A stretch of 64,000 bases of DNA from Nemertoderma westbladi (Eukaryota > Animalia > Xenacoelomorpha). A program made the position numbers and the translations under genes. Shown piece by piece: positions 45,901 through 56,948 of this stretch. Every line of letters starts with the position of its first letter. Position 1 is the first letter of the stretch. Location: assembly GCA_032718475.1 (NCBI GenBank), contig JAUCBJ010007504.1, positions 1-64,000 of the forward strand. The letters run 5' to 3'. The notes under the pieces were generated by a model. That model saw only the letters and a program-made list of their open reading frames with translations. It was not told where the DNA came from and did not search any database.

Positions 45901-48210
45901 TTTCAGTTCAGTATTATTGAAAAATACGTCTGAATATATGTCCGAGAGTTTATTATGAACTCTCTCAATTTCGCATTTGTTAGGAGAAATAGGCAATTGG
46001 TTAATCCATTTTTCTCTTGCGTCATGTTTAAAAGTTTCACTTACGTTTAATTTAACGTCGTCAAGTGATCGAATTATTTCCTTCTTTTGGTTAATATTCG
46101 ATCCAACTTGATCATTAGGGACAGAGGTATTGGTAACATGTATAGGTAAGTTACACTGGCAAAAGGCAGCTGCATTGGCAAAAAGTGGCGGTGGGTTCGG
46201 AAAATGTTTAGAAACTATATCTAATGCCTTACAAACAGATAGTGATAAATATAAACGCGGAATGCCGTCACATATTTTCACACTTTCTATTACAGACCGA
46301 CCACTAATTTTGAGACAGACCTTTATCTGGCCCAATTGTTTAATAACTTTGCCATTTATACTGACTAACCGTTCTATAGACGGTTTCTGGAGGTCTGTTT
46401 CGTTTAAATTTAATGACCTCAAGAATGTCATGTTTGCAACTGTGCGTTGGGACCCGGTATCAGGTACTGCCTGACTATAACCAAATAATTTATCCGTTTC
46501 GGGATGGCATATCCCTACGGAAATGAGTGGCGGGTCCTCGAAATCGACCGTCGCTACTCGAACAGCTGCTTGTTCTACAGCTCCTAGGGATTTATTACGA
46601 CATACGTTAGCGAAATGGTTAAGTTTATGGCACGCGCTACACTTTTCCCCTTTCGCTGGACACCTTTTAAAGTTAGTGTGACTATATCCACATTTGGTAC
46701 AAGGTTTCTTATCCTGATTTCCGGAATTCCGTTCCGGGGATGGAGACCGGTTTCTCCCGGAGCTCGTAGATCTTCCGGAAAAATATTTATTTTTCCGATA
46801 TTGATTCGAAGAGGATCCTGACTTTGAAGTCGCTCCCGCCAAACTAGTGTTCTTGTAAGGACCGTGGGCTAGGACTTTCTTAACTTTGTCCTTGTGTATT
46901 CGCGCCGCTTCTTCGGTCCGACAAAATTTAATAGTCGCCTCATGGTTTAAAGGCGGTGATTTCGCCAGGAGATCCTGTCTGATTTCGTCGTTTTGAATTC
47001 CAACGGTGATCAATGTCGACATCCATTCGTCGTCTCCCATCTCTTGTAACGCTGCAGTGTTGGCCAATTCGCTCAAACGAGTATAAAAGTCGTCGAACTT
47101 TTCCATCTCGTGTTGTCGGCACAACGTAAGTTCTAATCTGTCGAGGGCTATATTCTGTTTTTCGCGCAGATATATTTCCAAGTTGTTTAGGACTTCATCA
47201 AGGGATAGGGATGTGGTTTGGGGAATCCGTACGACATATTCAAGTTTCGATAAGAATGCCGGCGAACAGTATCCGAAAAATGCAGATACCTGCTCGTCTC
47301 TCGGCTGTCGGGATAGTTGAACAACTTTCGCGTAGTTATTCCAGGTCTTTCTCCATCTCTGGAACATCGTTATATCGACATCTTCTTCGAGATTGGGAGG
47401 TCGGTTTACGGGTGCTCGAGGTGCATTGTCCGTTTTACTTGGTGCTGGTGGGAATCCTCCGGTACCGGAAGCAGTCGTCCTACTTCCTTCATTCATAGAT
47501 CTACAGTCTTCCTGGTTTTGTGCAATCGCCATCTTGACGTCAGACTTTATTTGTAATAATTCGGTAGTGCATTGGTCATAATGGGTATACTCGTCAGTGA
47601 GATCCAACTGAGTTTCATCCATCGCCATTAAGGATTCACCAAGATGGTCATATGCAACTTCCAGTTTTAAGAGCTGTTTTTCCAGGTCGTTAACCAACAG
47701 AGGGTGGCGATTTACCGGATCGATGCGGTTTAAATCGCGAATACTTGATATACACAAATTTACGGCCCGAGTGAAACTTCCCTTGAAACCACCGAGTTTC
47801 CGCTTTAGGTGTTTCATCCCCTCGAGGTCCATAATTGAATTCCTCACAGTTGTTCCTTCCCTATTGCAGTAGGGGCCTATTGGATTTACTGTTTGGTCGG
47901 TTATCGTTTCTGGTGGGTTTGTAGGTATCGGTACCGGTATGTTATCCCGGAACGACCGAACTGCTATCCTACTCGCAGCGCCATGAAATGATTGTCTGGT
48001 TTAAGATCTTGCATATCGGTATTATATTTGAACTCAGTTCATAAGATATATAAGAGTACATATACTACTGTACTGCCGAAGCACTACTGCACTCAAATAC
48101 CCCAACACCAGTATCTCGCTATGCCCTAAGCCTAATACAGTCCTAGGCCCAACCTCAAGGGGCGAGCCATCTGAATTGGTGAGTCTCCTCCTTATCACCT
48201 AATTCCATCA
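42947..48210 (-). mobile_element. Full-length Ty3/Gypsy (Mag-like) LTR retrotransposon
   Basis: Two 227-bp LTRs (42947-43173, 47984-48210) identical by eye; 5-bp TSD CCTTC; PBS TGGCGCTGCGAGTAGGAT (tRNA-Ser-like) at 47966-47983; PPT at 43174-43180. Confidence 0.96.
43171..47832 (-). CDS. Gag-Pol polyprotein (single uninterrupted ORF)
   Basis: Mag-type knuckles CTKCGYSH..RCPA..KCSACHKLNHFANVC; protease PDTGS; RT LDAKSGYWQ and IVDD; RNase H VDAA, ELE, TDH; integrase HHCC, TDLF, SDGGPQY, NGHAE. Confidence 0.95.
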   Translation of the reverse strand: MDLEGMKHLKRKLGGFKGSFTRAVNLCISSIRDLNRIDPVNRHPLLVNDLEKQLLKLEVAYDHLGESLMAMDETQLDLTDEYTHYDQCTTELLQIKSDVKMAIAQNQEDCRSMNEGSRTTASGTGGFPPAPSKTDNAPRAPVNRPPNLEEDVDITMFQRWRKTWNNYAKVVQLSRQPRDEQVSAFFGYCSPAFLSKLEYVVRIPQTTSLSLDEVLNNLEIYLREKQNIALDRLELTLCRQHEMEKFDDFYTRLSELANTAALQEMGDDEWMSTLITVGIQNDEIRQDLLAKSPPLNHEATIKFCRTEEAARIHKDKVKKVLAHGPYKNTSLAGATSKSGSSSNQYRKNKYFSGRSTSSGRNRSPSPERNSGNQDKKPCTKCGYSHTNFKRCPAKGEKCSACHKLNHFANVCRNKSLGAVEQAAVRVATVDFEDPPLISVGICHPETDKLFGYSQAVPDTGSQRTVANMTFLRSLNLNETDLQKPSIERLVSINGKVIKQLGQIKVCLKISGRSVIESVKICDGIPRLYLSLSVCKALDIVSKHFPNPPPLFANAAAFCQCNLPIHVTNTSVPNDQVGSNINQKKEIIRSLDDVKLNVSETFKHDAREKWINQLPISPNKCEIERVHNKLSDIYSDVFFNNTELKQMSGTDVGKPMTIYLKKDAIPYAVHGARPIPFAQRDQVKAEIDNLIKWNIIKPAGDKPTEWCHPMVIANKPDGGIRICVDLSNLNRQVERVVYPTKTPNDCVSSIPPGCNWFTKLDAKSGYWQMPLAIESQKLTCFITPWGRYMYVRAPMGFISTGDIYSLRGDTALEGLDNIQKIVDDIIIYNVNFQDHVRNVCNVLERCMKYNITINQKKFKFAQSEMNFAGYIVSQEGIKADPVKVKGISQFPTPTNRTELRSFMGLVQQLGHFSAEISLIASPLRDILKTKNQFLWTPNHQKAFDNMKIALSSTPILSNFDPKAEIVLEVDAARKGGLGYALLQKQDECFKLIQCGSRFLSDAESRYAMVELESLAILWATQKCRIYLTGLALYTVITDHSPLVSIYNKQTLDTIDNVRLLNHKMKLSSYNFVVKWRKGSDNKIPDALSRAPVDDPETEINTTTGYMTANIILNAVTIMIAGTNSGETHHFPDPVIEDIKVAAKLDYNYQLLIKSIETGFEGPHANCQFVKMFDKLKNDLTTDNGLVLFGRRLVIPFDLRKNVINRLHDSHQGIERTKMRARQCVYWPGITNDLTMAVQSCDKCQLRLPSNPKEPLISDPMPTRVFESVSTDLFSLGTHTYLVYVDRYSGFPFISHWNYTPTSQQVLKEIKGYFVQTGVPVRLRSDGGPQYSSKIFSDFLKTWGVEWIPSSPTYAQSNGHAEVNVRILKNLVAKTDGGNLHTDSFLHGLLELRNTPHIDGRSPAIILYGHPLRSRVPAHYSTFSANWLTMAADTDFIKANKQKEYYDRSAHTLKPLEPGTHVLIQDPVSKRWTRKGIIFERGKMSRDYHVKLPSGKVLWRNRRFLRPYPSSSDSIETRDETPTETPKSALRRGTRTRTKTVRFQSDKDQSILMGG

Positions 48211-49504
48211 CCTTCTAGAACAAGCACAGCACAATACAAACAAAAAACCACTTACTGTGTTTCACCTTAACTGTCGCAGTCTCAATAAAAATATACAGGA
48301 AACTTCAGACTATCTGGATTTATTAAATAAAAAGTTCGATATACTTACATTCTCTGAAACCTTTCTTACAGATAATACACGTTGTGGGGTCTTCGAGCAG
48401 CACGTGTTCAAATGTTCAATGACTGCGCAGCGACTAATTAACAAATTTATGAGGGATTCATTGACCAGCTACCGACAGACCAATATTGTGACATATATTT
48501 TAGTTTAATGTTTGATTCAATTAGAGGCACAAATTAAAAAGGCTACAAATATATAGGGTTGAATAATTAAATTAGTCACCCATTAAAAGGTAGGCAAATA
48601 TAAGTTGCAATCTATATAAATTTTTAAATTCAGTAGTGTGCGTGTGTTGTGTATTGATTCCGTAGATTTCATGTTGAAATAGCGTTCATTAACTTAATTT
48701 CTATTTAATTATTCAGGCATACTAATACCCACTTTAAATTAGTTCGTGTGTGTTAAGTGTGTAAGAATTGATTGTTTTGGCACGAACCCATTAGGGCACA
48801 GAAACTGACGGATTCTTCGCGAATTTCGCAAACGTCGCAAACTTCGGTAATTTTTTCTACAATTTTGACTCCTTAAGCAAAAGTGTCCCGAATGAGTTTT
48901 TTAACTTTTATTTTTTTGTGATTTTGAGTGCTTTTTTATATTAGTGAATGTTCTAGAACCTTAGTAGATTTTTTATGGTATATAGCTAGTATTTTTTACT
49001 AGCTAGTAATTTTTGGAAATTATTTTGGTCATTAATATATTCTTCAACAGTTTAACCTGAAATATCATGGACTTTCACATTTTTTATAATTTCTAAAAAT
49101 ACTAGCTAGCAAAAAACACTACCGGTAGCTATCAATAAGAACATCTATATATAGAACATCTTCACCAATAACAAAAAAATTTAAAAACTCTAAAAAAGGA
49201 TTGGTGAATAATCGCTGGGGTGTCGACAGGGCGAAGTAGGGACCGTGTTGCTTAACCCCTTAGAGCCTATGACGTCCACTGCACGTCACCATGGACAACA
49301 CTAAGACATGCAGTGGACGTCATGCTGCAATATGCTGCAATACATGTTTCATTGGAAGGCTCTTGGTCTAGGTATACTGGTGGATAGTATTAAAGACATT
49401 TAGTGCTCTTCATGGCAAAAAATCCATTCTGTACTGTAGATAGGCTGTATTGTAGACTGTAGTATTAGTGTTAGGTATATGGCGTAATGCCAACCACAGT
49501 ACAG

Positions 49505-50057
49505 TAGTACAGACTGACAGTAAGACCGACAGACAGACAGACTAGATTTATGTAAACGTGTAAACTGACATCAGAAATGAAATCAGCAACCCTTAACACC
49601 CCCATAGCGGGAATGTTGGTTAGTTAGTATACTTTCTTAAGTTTTGACAGACTGACTGACAGAAAGACCGACAGACCAACAGCCAGACAGACTAGATTTA
49701 TTAAACGTGAAAACTGACATCTGAAATGAAATCAGCACCCATTAAAACCCCCATAACGAGAATGTTAGTTAGTTTGTATTCTTTTTAAAGTTTTGACAGA
49801 CTGACTGACTGACAGAAAGACCGACAGTCCGACAAACTAGATTAATGTAAACCTGAAAACTGACATCAGAAATGAAATCAGCACCCCTTAAAACCCCCAT
49901 AGCGAGAATGTTAGTTAATTTGAATTGTTTTTTATGTTTTGACAGACTGACTAACAGAATGACCGACAGACAGACAGACTAGATTTATGTAAACGTGAAA
50001 ACTGACATCAGAAATGTAATCAGCACCCCTTAAAACCCCCACAGCGAGAATGTTAGC
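49505..50057. repeat. ~145-bp tandem repeat x4 with (GACA) microsatellite, HINE-like
   Basis: ACTAGATT...AAACTGACATCAGAAATGAAATCAGCACCC...GAGAATGTTAG at 49541, 49691, 49836 and 49978. Confidence 0.85.
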
Positions 50058-50909
50058 GACACGTTTTAATTATTAACCATATTTCGTAAGATATATTTCA
50101 TCATCATAGCGCCCCATTTGGTGATCTCCAGTGAATGTTTGGATTTGACCTGACCAAAATTGGTTTACTACGGAAGATCCGCAGTGGGCACACCTAAGCG
50201 GGTGTGGGCCACTCGGAATCCGACGACGCGGCGCACATATTGACATTTGGCGTATGTACATTTCTTACAGTAGGGAGCCACTGGGTTAAGAGTTTTTACG
50301 GTATACTTAATATGAACAAAAAGAAGAAAGTGTTGGCGATGTATCTGAAAAATAAATAAATAAACGTTGCTCTTTGTATCTCAAGTTGATTTGGATTAGG
50401 ACAATGTGATACTTTTAACTCCTGCAATAATTCAGGTGGTTTGATGAGACTGCTTAGGGGTGGGGTGGGGTGTGGGGGGGGGGGGGGGGGGGGGTAACTG
50501 AGAAAATGTGACAAAGAAATGGAAAGAAAGGCAATGTTATAGTAAATGGATTTGGGTTATGTAATACTCTGTAGCAGCTGCTGGCTCCGAGGTAACTAAT
50601 TTTGTATAGCCTGGGACTGACTGTCGCTGGGTAGTATATTATTGAAGACATAAGTACACGTTCGTGGGGCCTTCGCGCAGCACGAGGCCCAGTTATGAGA
50701 TACAAATTAAAATTGAGCGACTGTATCACAAAATCAGGTTTTGAGAAATTTACCCACACCACCAATCAATCAAAGAAAGGGGGACAGTACGTGTTCACCC
50801 CTTTTAATCCCCCCCCCCCCCCCCACCCTTCCCAACCACCAATACATAACCGCGACATCTACCACCCACGGAAGGGTAGCACGAACTTATTTCCAATCGC
50901 ACGTTCAAT

Positions 50910-51200
50910 ATGCAAAGCCAGGTGGTTTATAGGAATATAATAAACGCAGTACTCGTATTCATTATAAGCCTCGTTGCGTTCGTCCTGTTTTGTATTTAAA
51001 TATATTTCTTAAACGCAGGCTAGGACGTTCTTTATAATAATAATAACTAGGGATGCGATCAATATGTGAAGCCAGGTGGTTTATATAATAATTTAGTCAA
51101 CGCAGTACTCGTCTTCATTATATGCCTCGTTGCGCTCGTCGCTTGTCCTGTTTTGTTATAAAATATTTTTCCTAAACGCAGACTGACGATCTTTATACAG
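50910..51200. repeat. Tandem duplication of ~155 bp
   Basis: AAGCCAGGTGGTTTATA...ACGCAGTACTCGT...GCCTCGTTGCG...TAAACGCAG occurs twice. Confidence 0.75.
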
Positions 51201-52329
51201 TTATAACTATGCGAAGTTTCGAAACTGTGCGAGTAACTGTTGATACATCTATGTGGATATGTGTGATATGTGGAGATGTGTGATACAACGCCAACGCATC
51301 TTATGCCGATGTAGTAATATGGGTATTGAAATAATATTAAATTAATGTACACTCTTAAAGCTGCAGCGAAAAAATGTAGCTAATTTCCTAGGTTACATAT
51401 AAAATAATAATATTATTTTTAAGAACATTAATTTTACTACTTTGCAAAAATTCAATTAAAAAATAACCAGACATATACATTGTGGAATAAACTATTTCAG
51501 AAGCCTACACAACAACCATGCCATGGATAGTATTTATGTTATGATATCTGTCATTCACCTGAGATAGCAATACAACATTTATAGTGAATTTAAAGAATGC
51601 TGTCTGGGCTGGAATAGCAATACTGGTTGTCTATTACTATTCCTCTCTGGTTAGTCTTAGCAACAACTCCCAGCCAGCAGCAGAGACTTGACCAATAATC
51701 ATTCCCAGCAACTGGGAATGACACACACATCCCATCTATGTACCAGCATGTTGGCCAATAAATGAGCAGTATTTAATGAGAATAAATTTTTTTTGCCGTT
51801 TTAATTACTTTAGATCAATTAAAGACAAAATTATTAAAGCAAATCACTTGAACTAATTAAAAACTATAATAGAATGGCGTATGGGGATTACATCTGTATA
51901 ATTTTTAATTATAATTATTTAAATCTTATACTGTAAAACAATTAATTTCCTTTAAAAGGCAGGTTGAAAATGGTGTTTTTACCGTAATAACTTAATTAAC
52001 TAATTAACTGCTATTATCTTAGCTTCTCGAAGGCCACACTGAAATTCTACTTGGAAAATTTCTAAACTTTTGCCAAACAACATGTGTACCAAGTTTGGAT
52101 AGATTTCATCAAAGATTGGCCGAGTTATTAACGTTTAAAATTGAACACGACAGAACGACAGAACGACAGGTTGATTAATGGTACCACTACGCTAAGGCTC
52201 ACTCACTTCGTGGCTCGCCCCACAGTTTTATTTTTGCTTGTAATCAGCTGTTATCTGCGTCGATTTTCCCCTGGAGAGAATAAAATAAAATAAATTTTCT
52301 TCGGGCGTTATTTCCAGTGCGGTCCCCCC

Positions 52330-52535
52330 CTCCCCACAACTACAGTATACCCCAAAGGAAGCTCCAGTATTCATTTAGCTACCACTAAAGGATGCAATGC
52401 AGAGAGATATGCGCACTGGCAATTCCCTTCGTAGCTTTCGGGCCAAAACGAAAAAAACTGCCCTGGACCGTTGCGAGGATCGAACCCACAACCTCCGAGA
52501 AATGTGAATTCAATGAAACCACTACACCAAGGTGG
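52330..52535 (-). mobile_element. tRNA-derived SINE (Pol III head)
   Basis: Minus-strand A box TGGTGTAGTGG (~52519-52529) and B box GGTTCGATCC (~52477-52486) at tRNA-like spacing, but no cloverleaf. Confidence 0.6.
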
Positions 52536-52677
52536 GACCCCAGAGGGTTAAGATTGGATTGCAACACAGGCGCCCCCCCCCCCCCCCCATATCTGAGAAA
52601 ATTCTCCCCTTTCTTTATTCGTCTAAAAAAATGAATACATCGAAGTCTATATTTACAAAGTCATATCATAATATCAT

Positions 52678-54926
52678 CAGTGCCGGATTAAGCCTCAGAT
52701 GGCCCTAAGGCACATTTTAGTAATTTCCAAAAATGGCCCGAAAATTGATATTTTTCCGCAAACCCTTTCAAAAGAAAAAGCTGCTAAAAACAACTGAAAT
52801 TGTGAAAATGTTGCGAAGGAAATATAAAGTTTTTTCGTCGGATTACTGCGTGCAAATTTAACATTACTAAACGGCATATTATGCCTATAAAACCTTTGCT
52901 ATAAAATGTGTAATGGTTTTGGTAGAACTTCTGAAGCTTTAATTTTTAATATATTAATGGGGGACCATTACCCCAAATCTATTTGTTTTATTTATAAAGC
53001 TACTATTCTAAAACTTTAATACAATTATCTGTGATCTTATATATACTATTAAATAGCTAGCTTCATAAACTCTTTGTTCGAAAAATATGGCACTTTTTGA
53101 GCAGGTCGGTTTTTTCAAAAATTCTATAAATTTGTGGCATTTCTATGTAAATTATCTCATGTTTAAGGATCTGTAATATCCTTGCAGGACATTGCTTTCG
53201 CCGTGAGGACCAGCCAGTGCATAATCTTGTACTTTGGCAGCCTCATGGAGTGAATTAGCATGGTGGACAGCCCATGACTTTCTAGAGACGCATCTTAAAG
53301 GACACTGGCCTTGAAGATGCGGATGATCTAGCAAATGTCATGGGTGATAGGTAGTTGTGGCGGGGCAATTTTGTTGACAAGCCGGCACAGCATTCTTAAA
53401 ATGCAGCTGCAATGCAGCATGCCGATCCTAGTAGTAGTAGTAGTAATACCCTGCATTTAAGTTCTTGGTCCAAGACTTTGGTAAAATGGACCTAAAAATG
53501 TAGGCTTTCTTCTATGATGATTTTAGCACAAAATTATTGTTTTTGAAAAATTTAGGGGGGTTTTAGTATTTCCGGGCTATATTTTGTGATAGACAAAGTG
53601 TAACAGTTACAAAATCGGTTCTAGAAGATCCAAATGGCCATGTTTTACAAAACCAACGATAGTAGTACTAAAGCTGCGGAACATTTTGGTATATGTTTGA
53701 TGGAAATTGAGTAAAAAATAAAATAGTAGTAGGGAATTTAGTGATGAATAAAGTCAAAATTGACAAACTGAGAAAAAGGTTGTTTTATACAGAGAGTCAT
53801 AAATATCAGCAATTTATTTATGTTGTTGAAAAGAGCAGTTTTGAGGTCAAAAAATAATTCACTGTTGAAAACCAATATCACCTTATGAAAGAAAGCCATT
53901 CTATCAAACTACAAAAAATTGTGTAAATTTTCGAAAATTTCATTTCTGTGGGGGTTATAGTTGGCCCCCTTAAGGCTGACTGGCCCCTGTCAGCCTGTAG
54001 GCATTTAGTAATTTTGATCGGATCTTGGGAATGTGTTATTTATTTGCTGTAGGTTTCGCAGGGTACTTATCTTTACAGGACTTGCTGAGAAATATAGCAC
54101 ACCAAAAGTGTGGGCTTAGTGCAAAGATCTAATATTTCTGATCTATATTTGGACTTGCTGAGAAAGTAATGTTCTTCGATAAGAGAACAGTCTCGCAAAT
54201 AAGCACTTTCTGTCGCTAATTTTAATTTACCCAAATTCAATTGTGCTGCCCAAAAGTTTTATGTTTTGCAGGTATTGCACCTAAAATGCCATCGAATGCA
54301 AAATTCAAAACACGAGGGCAGAACATCTGAATTTCGGTTAAATTAAATTACAGTAGTGACAAGAAATTATTTCTGAAATTATTTCTTTTTTTTTATCAAC
54401 AACTATTTTATCTACAATTAATTTATCCTTTTTTTTTTTATCTATTAGGGCCTATATTTATAAAACTCGTTTCCGGAAAAAAAATTAATTTCGCACTACC
54501 ATATCTCCACGCCATACATTTACTATGAACAGTATTTCCAGTATGTCATTATTTGGTTGTTCTTAAGTTTAAGAGCATAACTACAAATAATTCCCCACAA
54601 ATAGAAACAAATTAAATTCTCCATTGTTCATAATTAGCACTTTAAAGTTTTACTGCCCATGTTTTATTATTTCCCTGCCATCAGATCTCGAACTAATAAC
54701 ACAGCACCTGTCGGTCGACTGAGCTAGAATTTTGCACTTTCTATCACAAATAATTTAGGGATAGAAAGTAGTCGAAAGATGCACTTTGTTGCTCTGTTTC
54801 CGGACTTTTCAGATAAAAATATTTTTTTCATAGGATCACAGGAATGACTCGCAAAAAAAAATGGCCCGGATTTTCGGCTGGCCCTAAGGCACGTGCCTTA
54901 TATGCCTTAAGGTTAATCCGGCACTG
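52678..54926. mobile_element. Non-autonomous hAT transposon (2249 bp)
   Basis: TIR CAGTGCCGGATTAA / TTAATCCGGCACTG; perfect 8-bp TSD AATATCAT; subterminal GGCCCTAAGGCAC at both ends; no transposase ORF. Confidence 0.92.
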
Positions 54927-56189
54927 AATATCATATATAAAATTTAACAAAAACCAACAAAAATTAGCAAGAATATCATAACATCATTAATTTAGTATTT
55001 TTTCGATAGAAATATGTAAACAAATAATTTTTTAATTAAAGATACCACACACCCATGCGGTAAACATTATTAGTAAAGTAATAAATAAATAAGATTATTC
55101 ACTAAAAACAATTATAGTGTTAAGTTGGATAATCCAAACGATAAGAGTTGGACATCGAGGACATTTTAGGGCGTGGTAAAGGGACTGGGTAAACAAATAC
55201 CAATTTGTATTATTTCATGTATTGCCTAATCGCTCAGATGCAAAATTTGCACTGGAATTTAAAAGCAAAGTTTTTTGTACCAAACACATTTATTTTATGT
55301 ATTTGTAATTATTATAAATTAATTTCGCACAACAAAATCGCCAGGGTGACATATTTTCCAATTCCAGTCCTTTTCCTTAATGTCCAGTATATTCATAATA
55401 TGTTAAGGATAGAAAGTCTTCCCCAGCAATAAAAACGTTTTGTATTATTATTATTCGCGAGGCCTCCAGTATATTCAGTATGTCACCGCGTCATTCTAAA
55501 TATAACCACATGATGACGTCATTTGAATATACAAGCATGTATTATTCATAATATGTACCTAATACTTACAAAATAATAAAATGGCTAAGATTCGAAATGA
55601 CTGACTGCTCTTACATTCATAACTCAACATATCTACCAAGCTAATATGGCGCGAGATTATAACTATTTATTTTACAAATAGAAAATACAATTTTTTTGTC
55701 TGACTTTAAAATCCGTAGATTGCAAAGAGGAAAACAACTACTTTCTTATGGTAAAAGATGCTGTTTTCTTTAAAATATTCACTTTTGAATTAAAACTTTA
55801 CAGTAACAAAGTTATCTCAAATTTGTATTAAGTAAATTACGCCATGTTATTGGCAGATAAGTATAGAGTACCGGTACACATAAAAATTTAAATTTCAATA
55901 CGTAAAATAGGCGCAGCACAAATTAGAAAAACGCAGAAATCACCACTTGTTCTTTTTCTTTATTTTATCTCAAATTTGAGGTCAATTCTGCACCATGTAT
56001 TTAAAGAATACTAGATACTATATACAAGTTATACTTTGTGAATGATGATGATATTCCATAAAGTTAATAAAATAGTCAAACCAAAAATTCGATTAAGCTA
56101 TCTACCGGTACTACTGGAGAAAACGATTATACTAGCAAACACTGGATGCTATATTTATGTATAAATTTATTAACGTAATTACTTTATTG

Positions 56190-56810
56190 ATCTAGAATAA
56201 ATAATGCGTCTTAATTTGTTAAATTTTGCTCAAAAATACACTAAAATCGGGAGAAAAATTTTCACTTTTTTCCCTAAAGAAAAAATTGAATAAGGATTGC
56301 ATTGATTTTACTTTTTCCCGGTGAAAAAAGTAATATAACATATTTTTGGTGGAATTTCTTAAATTTTATTACATGTGTTTAAAGAGCATGGAAGTAGAAA
56401 AGGTTTGCACGTTAAGTTATTACAGCTTTAGTGTCTGCAAGACGAACTCCAAAACGGAACTCAGTATCCAATGTTGGTTTTATCTAGTTAAGCAGCTCTC
56501 TAGTTAGGTAATAAATATTCGAGAACACTAAATTATTTAACATTGAGTAAGGCAGCATTAGGAGTTGAAAAATACAATAATTTGACTCACAGAAACTATG
56601 GCAGCAATATAGTATAGTACTATATAGTTCAATTTATTTTGTTCATATATTCATATATCGCTCTATATAAAAGCAATGCTATCCTATGGGTTACTTTTTC
56701 GTTAGGGAAAAAAGTACTCCCCTTTCTCCCAATTTTGGGGTATATTCGAGCGAAAAAGTAACAATTTACGAAGATGCCATGCTTTCCTGTTACAAGTTTA
56801 TTCTAGAATA
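56190..56810. repeat. Old imperfect inverted repeat (degenerate MITE?)
   Basis: CTAGAATAAA...GGGAGAAA...TTTTCCCTAA at ~56190-56280 is mirrored at ~56700-56810. Confidence 0.45.
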
Positions 56811-56948
56811 TTTAAATATGCAAAACTATTATTGATAACACTCGTGCTGGGTTAGTGGATCTTTAATTCCCACGGAAATCAGCTCAGATAATAATTCAGA
56901 GGATGATCATAGTTCGAAATAAATAGAGTTATTGAAGACAATACTTTA

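Larger units (their letters stand above)
42508..48378 (+). pseudogene. LINE (CR1/L2-group) ORF2 N-terminus: PHD-like finger + start of APE endonuclease, split by the Gypsy insertion and 3'-truncated
   Basis: CTFC...CSLC..YH..C...CIYC-IFPFN...IDPD; removing the Gypsy element and one TSD copy restores in-frame SYNSLL|EQAQHNTNKKPLTVFHLNCRSL...DILTFSETFL. Confidence 0.78.

Noticed and set aside
49250-50290. piggyBac-like element between TTAACCC and GGGTTAA
   Set aside because: Inverted match does not extend beyond CCC/GGG, so the ends cannot be paired with confidence.
52460-52535. tRNA gene
   Set aside because: A and B boxes are present but there is no acceptor or anticodon stem; treated as a SINE head.
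56300-56948. 3' terminus of the RepHel element
   Set aside because: No convincing hairpin plus CTRR or subterminal inverted repeat identified by eye; boundary left undefined.
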